Source: an uncultured virus (IMG/VR IMGVR_UViG_3300032070_000004) (taxonomy: Duplodnaviria > Heunggongvirae > Uroviricota > Caudoviricetes). From it: a stretch of DNA of 20,000 nucleotides. Each line of letters starts with the position of its first letter. The stretch's first letter is position 1. Below the pieces are notes generated by a model. The model was not told where the DNA came from and ran no database searches. It saw only the letters and a list, made by a program, of their open reading frames with translations. This document shows, piece by piece, positions 1-6,934 of the stretch. The stretch is from the IMG/VR virus record IMGVR_UViG_3300032070_000004; one strand, written 5' to 3'. A program made the position numbers and the translations under genes.

Positions 1-810
1 TGCGTTGATGGTCAGTGCTTATCGCACACCTGCCCACGCATTCCGTGCGGCGAGGATCAGACTTGCAATGGTGGTCAGTGCAATACCTGCCCAGACAACT
101 CGCATGTCGTAGACAACGAGTGCGTATGCAACACCGGATTCCATGACGAGAACGGTGTCTGCGCAGCAGACACCGTTGGTGGATACCCCCCGACCAACCA
201 GAACGGACTCATTGAGCGGGTCAATTCGGACCGGCTCTCCAATGCGGGTCTCGCTGCAATGCTCTCGATGGGAACAAACCCCGAGATGCTCGGCGCCGGA
301 ACGGGAGTCAACATGGGATTCGAGGCAAGCGTTGACAACGGTGTGAGCGGTTCCCGGTACGTCCGGCTCCATGACACATGCAACGTGCCCGCCCTGTACA
401 TCGCAGTCGAATCAATGACTCTGATGCACGACTACCAGATCTACTACTACTCCGCGGGTGACGAGGGATATTTCATCAAGAATGGGCAGATTGAGCCCTA
501 CACGAACATCCCCGGACGAGGTAGAATAGCTGGGAACGGTCGGCTTGTCCTGACCGCGCGCAACCCGAACACGGCAATCCATGCCTATGCCATGATGAAC
601 ACACTTGACGTGAACACCCACGTGGGTCTCGGGTTCAAGATGATGGTCTTCGATGACAAGGGCAAGATGCTGTGGCAGGGCGACAACAGAGGAAAGCGCG
701 ACATGAGCGTGATCTTCCTGCTCGACCCCTACGGCAAGTGCATTCCCGGATCGCAGGTCGAAAATGCCTATCTCGGCAGCGACGTGTGGTTCGGGCTGCC
801 CAAGATTTAA
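1..810 (+). CDS. Cys-rich (EGF-like repeat) protein, 5'-truncated by window
   Basis: Frame of the 259..810 ORF is open from base 1: CVDGQCLSHTCPRIPCGEDQTCNGGQCNTCPDNSHVVDNECVCNTGFHDENGVC (10 Cys in 54 aa), then a non-repetitive C-terminal domain. Confidence 0.75.
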   Translation, partial: CVDGQCLSHTCPRIPCGEDQTCNGGQCNTCPDNSHVVDNECVCNTGFHDENGVCAADTVGGYPPTNQNGLIERVNSDRLSNAGLAAMLSMGTNPEMLGAGTGVNMGFEASVDNGVSGSRYVRLHDTCNVPALYIAVESMTLMHDYQIYYYSAGDEGYFIKNGQIEPYTNIPGRGRIAGNGRLVLTARNPNTAIHAYAMMNTLDVNTHVGLGFKMMVFDDKGKMLWQGDNRGKRDMSVIFLLDPYGKCIPGSQVENAYLGSDVWFGLPKI

Positions 811-844
811 TCCCAACCAATTTTTGTGATAACATGGTGAGAAC

Positions 845-1099
845 ATGACAAGGAAAATCGAGTTCTCAAGTATCAGGCGATACGAAGGGAAGGAGTTCGA
901 GTTCACTACCGACGGAACGGAGACATTCGCTCAGTCTGTCGCCCTGATAATCCGCGGTCGCCGTGGACGCGCACGCATCGTAAAGTCGCGCGGGGGGAAA
1001 CCTATATTCGCAGTGTTCGCCCACGATGCGGGTCGTCCGCGCGCACGCGACGCAATTGAAAAGTTCAAGGAACAACATGCCATTCCGGTAGCGGAGTAA
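845..1099 (+). CDS. hypothetical basic protein
   Basis: 84-aa ORF with GGTGA SD at 836-840. Confidence 0.65.
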   Translation: MTRKIEFSSIRRYEGKEFEFTTDGTETFAQSVALIIRGRRGRARIVKSRGGKPIFAVFAHDAGRPRARDAIEKFKEQHAIPVAE

Positions 1100-1130
1100 C
1101 TTTTATATACGGCGAGCACCGAATGACTGT

Positions 1131-1289
1131 GTGAACGCCGACAAGTTGATGGAATGGATCGACACCGAGATTATGAAGATCAAGCAGCATGTGGAATACG
1201 GAGTACACACCGAGAAAATGATCTATTACGGTTCCCTCGTGCAGATGGAGACCTTGAAAAACCTTATCGAAAGTGGCGCATTTGATTAA
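1131..1289 (+). CDS. small hypothetical protein (52 aa, GTG start)
   Basis: MNADKLMEWIDTEIMKIKQHVEYG...; TTTTATATA box at 1101-1109 upstream; below the ORF-track cutoff. Confidence 0.55.
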   Translation: MNADKLMEWIDTEIMKIKQHVEYGVHTEKMIYYGSLVQMETLKNLIESGAFD

Positions 1290-1351
1290 GACCGCTTTTC
1301 GATAGCTTAATAACTTTGCACACCCAACCAACTGAGTGAAGTGGGGACAAG

Positions 1352-1843
1352 ATGAACGCAAACAAACAGTTAAGCAAGGATGCTTTAGAGGTCGTTGGCG
1401 AGCTCAAGCGGCTCCTCAAAGAAGCAGGGAACCGTGTCGAAGTGAGCGCTCTCACGCAGAGCGGGGGATATGTGTGGGGATGTGACTTCCAGTACATCGA
1501 CGATGAAGGACACCCCATTGCCGAAGAAACGTTCTTCACGATGAAAGGAGCCACCCGCCGCGTGTCTGCATTTATTGTTCTCTTTGAGAACGGGCGCGCG
1601 ATTGACGGGGAAATGCAGAATTTCTTCCTTCCCGAATCGTCAAAGACCCTCTCCGAGTTCATTATCAGCGTTATAGGTGAGGAGCTCACACCCAGCCTCA
1701 TCTCCCTGTGGCACGCTGACCTCGAAGAGAGCTCGGTATGTGACATTGGTGATGATGATGATGATGAGGACGATGAAGACGACGACCGTGCGGAAGACCT
1801 CATAGACGAAGACAGACTCGTAGATGAAGACGACGAGGAATAA
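1352..1843 (+). CDS. hypothetical protein with D/E-rich tail
   Basis: 163-aa ORF, co-directional with neighbours, acidic C-terminus. Confidence 0.75.
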   Translation: MNANKQLSKDALEVVGELKRLLKEAGNRVEVSALTQSGGYVWGCDFQYIDDEGHPIAEETFFTMKGATRRVSAFIVLFENGRAIDGEMQNFFLPESSKTLSEFIISVIGEELTPSLISLWHADLEESSVCDIGDDDDDEDDEDDDRAEDLIDEDRLVDEDDEE

Positions 1844-1878
1844 CGCGGGGCACCCTCGCCCCGCAGGCGGAGTCTCAC

Positions 1879-2181
1879 ATGGATGATCACGAAGAACTGG
1901 AGGTCGAAGAGGAGATAATACAGGCTCTCAATGGGATCGACCCAACCGGGGAGCTTGCGGAGAGATGGGGAAAGGGCGAGGCACTCGCGCAAATCCTCCA
2001 CAATGCTGATGAATTTGTCGCTGGTATGTTCCACGCTGGGCATAGCGGTATGGAGATCGCTACGTTCGGTCTTCGGATCTTCATGCTTGGGCAACTCGTT
2101 CATACCAAGAACGTCATCAAGGCATTGAAGTACATCCCACCACAAGACGATCTCTGTGGGGATCTGCGGTCGTACCAGTAA
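1879..2181 (+). CDS. hypothetical protein
   Basis: 100-aa ORF in compact co-directional run. Confidence 0.65.
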   Translation: MDDHEELEVEEEIIQALNGIDPTGELAERWGKGEALAQILHNADEFVAGMFHAGHSGMEIATFGLRIFMLGQLVHTKNVIKALKYIPPQDDLCGDLRSYQ

Positions 2182-2197
2182 GTGCGAGAGGCGAAGT

Positions 2198-2557
2198 ATG
2201 AAAAACGAGAAACCAAAACTTGAAAAAATGCAAATCAAAGTTACGCGGATGCTGAACAAGAATGGCGACGAGATGTACTACATCGACTCGATCGAGGGAA
2301 TCGCAACGCGCGAAGAACTCCCGAACGAGTACCTCGATGGAGACTGCGCGTATCTCTCGGAGTTCCCCGGGAAGCGCGTCGGTATCTACCTGTCACCGCG
2401 TGGCAAGAGTATTGTTGTAGGAACGAAGATGACACGCGTGGACTTCGAGAAGTCCCTGATGTTCATCAATGCGTGCGGAACCCGCCTCACGGCAATCAAC
2501 GCGAAGATCGAGGAGAAGCGCAAGAAGTGGATGGGCTCTGAGACGTACGAAATCTGA
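2198..2557 (+). CDS. hypothetical protein
   Basis: ATG at 2198 after GAGG; 119 aa. Confidence 0.7.
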   Translation: MKNEKPKLEKMQIKVTRMLNKNGDEMYYIDSIEGIATREELPNEYLDGDCAYLSEFPGKRVGIYLSPRGKSIVVGTKMTRVDFEKSLMFINACGTRLTAINAKIEEKRKKWMGSETYEI

Positions 2558-2564
2558 GGTAACT

Positions 2565-2759
2565 ATGGTCGGAAAGAAAGAATGTGTGATAGCCACCGGC
2601 GCAGCCGCAGGATCAACTGCGTGGCTTCTCATCGCACAGGTAGTGTTGCTGGTTCTCTACTATGGGTTCCATGTGATCCTTCCGTGGTGGGTACTGTTCC
2701 TGCCGCTGCTGTACTTTGTGTGGGGAGCTGTAACTGGATTCCTGTCGCATGTAGTGTGA
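2565..2759 (+). CDS. small membrane protein
   Basis: GAGGT SD; two hydrophobic segments (LPWWVLFLPL). Confidence 0.7.
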   Translation: MVGKKECVIATGAAAGSTAWLLIAQVVLLVLYYGFHVILPWWVLFLPLLYFVWGAVTGFLSHVV

Positions 2760-2766
2760 GGCAATC

Positions 2767-2931
2767 ATGGGTCGAATTGTGGATGCATTAGTAACCACAG
2801 TCCTCGGCATCGTCGGGATGATAATTGCATTCCTGATCGTGGTTGTCGTTATCATCGGACCATTCATCGCAGTGGGAGCTGGTCTTGCCTTCGGGGTATG
2901 GATCGTGCTCAAGCTACTGGGGGTGTGGTAA
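2767..2931 (+). CDS. small membrane protein (54 aa)
   Basis: MGRIVDALVTTVLGIVGMIIAFLIVVVVIIGPFIAVGAGLAFGVWIVLKLLGVW; GAGG SD. Confidence 0.65.
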   Translation: MGRIVDALVTTVLGIVGMIIAFLIVVVVIIGPFIAVGAGLAFGVWIVLKLLGVW

Positions 2932-3087
2932 TGGCAACCACCATCCACCATCCAGTGCCCATATTGTAGCGATGGTGGTACTCCTTGTTTAGTTATCGAA
3001 ATCCCGGTTGGTGAATATAGATTCAAGGAACTTTACCAATGCAGGGTTTGTAAATCTATATGGATAGAAAATGAGGATTATACATGA
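2931..3087 (+). pseudogene. zinc-ribbon protein frameshifted by a 7-bp tandem duplication
   Basis: ATG overlaps the upstream TAA. Removing one CCACCAT copy (2938-2951) gives MATTIQCPYC...CRVC...YT*, whose stop overlaps the next ATG (ATGA). Confidence 0.6.
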
Positions 3088-3677
3088 AGTATAAAACATT
3101 AGTCGCGGACCCACCGTATAGATACCGGAACAAGACCACGGGTGGCTCCATGAACTCTGGCAGCAAGGACAAGTATTCCACGATGTCCCTTGAGGACATC
3201 ATAGACATGCCCGTTTGGGACATCGCAGACCCAAAGGGATCTATCCTGTTCCTGTGGGCAACTACCCCGCTTCTTGACGACTGCATGATGGTGATGCATG
3301 AGTGGGGATTCCGGTACTTCACGTCTCTCTACTGGGACAAGCAGAAGTACGGGCTTGGGTACTGGTGGCGCGGGACGATGGAACAGTGTCTCGTTGGGAT
3401 GCGCGGTCATGTGAAAGCATACCGCTGCCAGAAGGTGAACTGCATCCGGGTCAAGGCGCGCGCGCACAGTCAGAAACCCGATGAATTCTGGTCTCTTATA
3501 GAGCCTTACTGCGAGAGCCCACGCATCGAACTCTTCTGCCGCGGGGAACCGCGCCCGGGGTGGGATGGATGGGGCAAAGAATGCACCAACCCAATCAAGA
3601 TCGACACCCTAGCCCCGCAGAGCGAGTCACCTTTCTGCGTCTTCATGCAATGGCAGCATTTCATCCCTCCGAGTTGA
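3084..3677 (+). CDS. MT-A70 family N6-adenine methyltransferase
   Basis: ADPPY catalytic motif, Y.TMS, LFLWAT, WGF.Y, HSQKP, IELF.R. Confidence 0.9.
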   Translation: MKYKTLVADPPYRYRNKTTGGSMNSGSKDKYSTMSLEDIIDMPVWDIADPKGSILFLWATTPLLDDCMMVMHEWGFRYFTSLYWDKQKYGLGYWWRGTMEQCLVGMRGHVKAYRCQKVNCIRVKARAHSQKPDEFWSLIEPYCESPRIELFCRGEPRPGWDGWGKECTNPIKIDTLAPQSESPFCVFMQWQHFIPPS

Positions 3678-3706
3678 CGATGAGGGTTCGACTCCCTCCC
3701 GCCGCA
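3637..3706 (+). pseudogene. degenerate tRNA-Gly(TCC) overlapping the MT-A70 3' end
   Basis: Intact D-arm and T-arm (GAGGG TTCGACT CCCTC); anticodon loop CCTCCGA; acceptor stem has 3 mismatches. Confidence 0.55.
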
Positions 3707-3711
3707 CGTTT

Positions 3712-3783
3712 GGGATTGTGGGGTAGTGGTTAGCCTCCGTGCCTTGGGAGCACGGGTCGCATGTTCGATCCATGCCAATCCCA
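3712..3783 (+). tRNA. trnP: tRNA-Pro(TGG)
   Basis: Cloverleaf GGGATTG/CAATCCC; anticodon arm CGTGC CTTGGGA GCACG. Confidence 0.92.
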
Positions 3784-3786
3784 TGC

Positions 3787-3859
3787 ACTCCCGTGGGGTA
3801 GTGGTCAAGCCCGCTCGCCCTTGAAGCGAGCAACGACAGTTCGAATCTGTCCGGGAGTT
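3787..3859 (+). tRNA. trnQ: tRNA-Gln(TTG), C33 variant
   Basis: ACTCCCG/CGGGAGT; CTCGC CCTTGAA GCGAG; T-loop TTCGAAT. Confidence 0.85.
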
Positions 3860-3860
3860 T

Positions 3861-4109
3861 CCCGCCTGCATTCGGCGGTATAGAAATGGAATGCCGAGTA
3901 AGTCCCTTCCGAAAAGGATGAGGATGCCTTTGGGTGGTGTGACGAAGTAGGAAGGGGTTCGAAAACTCCTTGCCTAACTGGGCTAAACCGCCTGTATCGG
4001 CGGTATAAACAAGTAGAACTGGTGCCGTGGATAGACAACCGGTTGAAGGATACGTCGTCCGCACGACATGAGCGGTGGGGTGCGCCAAACACCCCGCCCA
4101 TAATAGTGA
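3861..4109 (+). ncRNA. two tandem ~125-nt structured RNA candidates (units 1 and 2)
   Basis: Each starts with CCGCC-loop-GGCGGTATA followed by several hairpins; no credible ORF. Confidence 0.55.
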
Positions 4110-4183
4110 GTCCCCGTAGTTACAATTGGAAGAACGGCTGCTTTGCAAGCAGATGGCTGCGGATTCGAGTTCCGCCGGGGACA
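4110..4183 (+). tRNA. tRNA with TGC (Ala) anticodon lacking G3:U70
   Basis: GTCCCCG/CGGGGAC; GCTGC TTTGCAA GCAGA; T-arm GCGGA TTCGAGT TCCGC. Confidence 0.75.
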
Positions 4184-4184
4184 T

Positions 4185-4316
4185 AACCGCTTTGATCGGC
4201 GGTATAGAAATAGATCACCAACTGTGGCGACGCCCGGTTCGGCATTGCAGAGTCAGGTGCGGCGATGCCACGCGCGGCGCAGTCTTGCAATGCCCGGCGC
4301 TGCGAGGCAAGGAAAG
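4185..4316 (+). ncRNA. structured RNA candidate (unit 3)
   Basis: Same 5' motif ACCGCT TTGATC GGCGGT ATAGAAA; long stem GGCATTGCA/TGCAATGCC. Confidence 0.55.
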
Positions 4317-4317
4317 C

Positions 4318-4389
4318 GGACCCGTAGGAGAGCGGAAATCCTCCGGACTCTTAATCCGGCAATCGTGCGTTCGAATCGCACCGGGTCCG
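4318..4389 (+). tRNA. trnK: tRNA-Lys(CTT)
   Basis: GGACCCG/CGGGTCC; CCGGA CTCTTAA TCCGG. Confidence 0.9.
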
Positions 4390-4392
4390 CTC

Positions 4393-4465
4393 AGCTCCCT
4401 CGTCTAGCGGTCAAGGATGCGCGCCTCTGGAGCGCGCGGCGGAGGTTCGAATCCTCCGGGAGCTA
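4393..4465 (+). tRNA. trnQ: tRNA-Gln(CTG)
   Basis: AGCTCCC/GGGAGCT; CGCGC CTCTGGA GCGCG. Confidence 0.92.
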
Positions 4466-4505
4466 TTACCGCGAAATCCCGCGCGGGATAAAAAGTACGG
4501 TGTGT

Positions 4506-4605
4506 GGTAAGGTTAGGTGTGGTGTGGTGGGGTATGGTGTGGTGTGGTGTGGTGTGGTAAGGTATGGTTTGGTAGGGTGAGGTGTGGTTCGGTAAGGTAA
4601 GGCAT
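4506..4605 (+). repeat. GGYNN pentamer tract A (20 in-phase units)
   Basis: GGTAA GGTTA GGTGT GGTGT GGTGG GGTAT ... GGCAT. Confidence 0.95.
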
Positions 4606-4745
4606 TCGCGAGGCGGTTCGCCCCGCCTCGCGAGTCTCCCGGGATATCCGGGGTTATGGTACGGTGAGGTGTGACGCGGAGTCGATGAAGATTGAGGCAT
4701 CATAATAAATCGAAACACTTTTATTCTCAAAGAGCATACGCAGAT

Positions 4746-4819
4746 GGGCATTTAGCTTAACCGGCAGAGTCCGTGGCTCCAAACTATGGGGATGTACGTT
4801 CAATTTCGTACAATGCCCA
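4746..4819 (+). tRNA. trnW: tRNA-Trp(CCA), intronless
   Basis: GGGCATT/AATGCCC; CGTGG CTCCAAA CTATG; 8-nt T-loop; CGAAA..TTTTATT promoter-like site upstream. Confidence 0.8.
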
Positions 4820-4920
4820 TGCAGTGGTAGTGGTGTAATGGACGCGCGCTTTGTCATAATTGCCATGTACATGTCCACTGGTGTATGAAAACATTAAATA
4901 TGACATGGGAAGATATTATT

Positions 4921-4995
4921 GGGCGCGTGGCGTAGTCAGGACAGCGCGCTTGCTTGCGGAGCAAGAAGCCGGGGGTTCAAATCCCCTCGCGCCCG
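4921..4995 (+). tRNA. trnR: tRNA-Arg(GCG)
   Basis: GGGCGCG/CGCGCCC; CTTGC TTGCGGA GCAAG; GCG is the archaeal-type anticodon; GAAAACATTAAATA promoter-like site upstream. Confidence 0.92.
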
Positions 4996-4997
4996 TA

Positions 4998-5070
4998 GAT
5001 CCCGTAGTCTAGCGGACAATGATGGTGGATTCTCGATCCACCAGCGTGGGTTCAAATCCCACCGGGATCG
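4998..5070 (+). tRNA. trnE: tRNA-Glu(CTC)
   Basis: GATCCCG/CGGGATC; GTGGA TTCTCGA TCCAC. Confidence 0.92.
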
Positions 5071-5073
5071 TGT

Positions 5074-5148
5074 GCGCGTGTAGTGCAGCACGGATAGCAT
5101 ACTTGACTTCGGATCAAGTGGTCGGGGGTTCGAATCCTCCCACGCGCG
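5074..5148 (+). tRNA. trnR: tRNA-Arg(TCG)
   Basis: GCGCGTG/CACGCGC; CTTGA CTTCGGA TCAAG. Confidence 0.92.
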
Positions 5149-5151
5149 TTG

Positions 5152-5224
5152 GCTCCTGTCGTCTAGCGGACAAGGATGGTGGACTTTCAATCCATCGGCA
5201 AGGGTTCAAATCCCTTCGGGAGCA
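5152..5224 (+). tRNA. trnE: tRNA-Glu(TTC)
   Basis: GCTCCTG/CGGGAGC; GTGGA CTTTCAA TCCAT. Confidence 0.92.
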
Positions 5225-5227
5225 TTA

Positions 5228-5310
5228 ACGCAACTTAACACAACATTACCACACAAGAATCTACGACGGAGAAATCTCTTGTTCTGTGGTAATGTTGTGT
5301 TAAGTTGCGT
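5228..5310. repeat. 26-bp perfect inverted repeat
   Basis: 5228-5253 ACGCAACTTAACACAACATTACCACA is the reverse complement of 5285-5310. Confidence 0.92.
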
Positions 5311-5422
5311 CAAATCCCAATGTAAATTCCCAACGCGGGGCAATTTGCGCGCGCTCGCTCATGGTGTGTTAATGTGTTCATAATTGAAAAATATTATATA
5401 TTCACAAACCAAATCACATTGT

Positions 5423-5519
5423 GCGCTCGTGGCGCAGGGGTGGCGCAGTCTCCTTATATTCGGAATTACCCCCGAAGAGGACAAGGGAAAGGTCGGAGGT
5501 TCGATCCCTCCCGGGCGCA
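5423..5519 (+). tRNA. trnI: tRNA-Ile(TAT) with 25-nt BHB intron (~5458-5482)
   Basis: GCGCTCG/CGGGCGC; BHB with helix CCTT/GAGG, bulges ATA and ACA, intron stem TTCGG/CCGAA; spliced loop CTTATAA; TTATATA box upstream. Confidence 0.85.
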
Positions 5520-5563
5520 TATTTTGTAAAGATTATATACTTGGAAAACACATAGTTATAAGC

Positions 5564-5635
5564 GGACGTGTGGCGTAGAGGTGGCGCTGCGGGCTTTTAA
5601 CCCGACGGGCAAGGGTTCGATCCCCTTCACGTCCA
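5564..5635 (+). tRNA. trnK: tRNA-Lys(TTT)
   Basis: GGACGTG/CACGTCC; GCGGG CTTTTAA CCCGA; own TTATATA box at ~5533. Confidence 0.88.
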
Positions 5636-5636
5636 T

Positions 5637-6080
5637 ATGAATCATAAGAAATGCGGTGAAATTGGAGAAGGAATTGCCATTGGGGAATTATCGAAAATTG
5701 AGGTCGATGTAGCTATCCCACTCAGCGATAACTACCCATACGATCTCATCTTAATCTATAAAAACAGATTTTATAGAGCACAGATCAAGAGTAGTAGTAC
5801 TGTATCCCCAAGCAAAAGTGATTCCATTGCGTTTAGTTTAAGGAAGAATAACTGGTACAACCGAACCATTAAAAAGTACACGTCCTTTGACATAGATATT
5901 ATGCTTTTGTGCGACATTGGCAGAGGTGCGATCTATGCTCTTGGAAAAGAAGACTTTGAGAATCGAAGGGGATTTACCATACGATATGACAAACCACTAA
6001 ATAATGTAAAGGGGTATCACTACGCACATGACTATGTTCTATCTACAAGCCGACTGGATAAGATTTTGATAGGTTTATAA
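5637..6080 (+). CDS. PD-(D/E)XK endonuclease (PDDEXK_5, group I intron-associated type)
   Basis: GEIGE..A, P..DN.PYDLI, RAQIKS motifs; AT-rich; abuts tRNA-Lys. Confidence 0.85.
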   Translation: MNHKKCGEIGEGIAIGELSKIEVDVAIPLSDNYPYDLILIYKNRFYRAQIKSSSTVSPSKSDSIAFSLRKNNWYNRTIKKYTSFDIDIMLLCDIGRGAIYALGKEDFENRRGFTIRYDKPLNNVKGYHYAHDYVLSTSRLDKILIGL

Positions 6081-6115
6081 GTGATGAAAACAACAGGTAC
6101 ACAGCGAGGTTTAAT

Positions 6116-6931
6116 ATGGACATGAATGAACATTTCAGACTCGGAAAAGAGTCAAGTATGTTGATCTGGTATCCCAAGGTCAAGGATATTTTAAATACCC
6201 CACGGACGGAACTCCTCCCGCTTACGGATAAGGAAATCCAGTCCATCCACCGGGGTGTCAACATGGATGACACAACGAAACCTAAGAAGATGCCAGATGC
6301 ACTTCTCAAAAAGATAAAGAAACACGCGGGTGTCATCGGGTATCCTCTCTTCTTGCGGTCAGATCAGGGATCGGGCAAGCATAATTGGGAAGACACCTGC
6401 TATGTAGAGAAGGAAGAGGATCTCATCGGGCATGTTCTCAACCTCCACGCATGGCATTTGGAAGCTGGCATTATGGGACTGGAATACAATGCCCTTGTCT
6501 TCCGCGAGTTCATTCCACTTCGATCGTGCTTCAAGGCGTTCAATGGTATGCCTGTGGCGCGCGAGAGACGGTACTTCGTTCGTGACGGGGAAGTAGTATG
6601 TCACCACCCCTACTGGGTTGAAGATGCAATCCATTCCTACACTGACCCGCTCCCCGCGGACTGGAAGCGTGTGCTCGCGGGTCTCAACGCAGAGTCCGAA
6701 CACGAGTTCAAGATACTCGCGCCGCTTGCGATTACGTTCAGCAATGCGGTTCCCGGGTACTGGTCAGTTGACTTCGCGCAAGGAATGGATGGCAAGTGGT
6801 GGCTCATTGATGCCGCGCGGGGCGAAGTCTCGTGGCATCCCGACGATTGCCCGCAGAATCCGCACCCGAAGGAGCCGAAAAAGAAGGTTGATTTATCTGC
6901 ATATCTCGTCGAGATTGACAAGGAGGAGTAA
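6116..6931 (+). CDS. ATP-grasp protein (R2K-like)
   Basis: FLRSD..SGKH.W, FREFI, ERRYFV..G, WSVDF...W.LID motifs. Confidence 0.75.
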   Translation: MDMNEHFRLGKESSMLIWYPKVKDILNTPRTELLPLTDKEIQSIHRGVNMDDTTKPKKMPDALLKKIKKHAGVIGYPLFLRSDQGSGKHNWEDTCYVEKEEDLIGHVLNLHAWHLEAGIMGLEYNALVFREFIPLRSCFKAFNGMPVARERRYFVRDGEVVCHHPYWVEDAIHSYTDPLPADWKRVLAGLNAESEHEFKILAPLAITFSNAVPGYWSVDFAQGMDGKWWLIDAARGEVSWHPDDCPQNPHPKEPKKKVDLSAYLVEIDKEE

Positions 6932-6934
6932 GTT

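Noticed and set aside
1264..2259. 331-aa minus-strand ORF and similar antisense ORFs (e.g. 10045..10794, 13153..13809)
   Set aside because: Shadows of better-supported genes that have SD sites, overlaps or motifs.
3857..4217. Canonical CRISPR array
   Set aside because: Only three divergent copies with ~100- and ~170-nt structured gaps, one containing a tRNA; no cas genes in the window.
4236..4294. SRP helix-8-like TCAGG...GCAG
   Set aside because: Lacks the GNRA-capped short stem and correct spacing.
4822..4880. tRNA-Met(CAT)
   Set aside because: Has CAGTGG/CCACTG ends and TCATAA but no T-arm or anticodon stem; at most a relic.
4126..5578. ORFs across the tRNA array and pentamer tract
   Set aside because: They overlap tRNAs or translate repeats; spurious.
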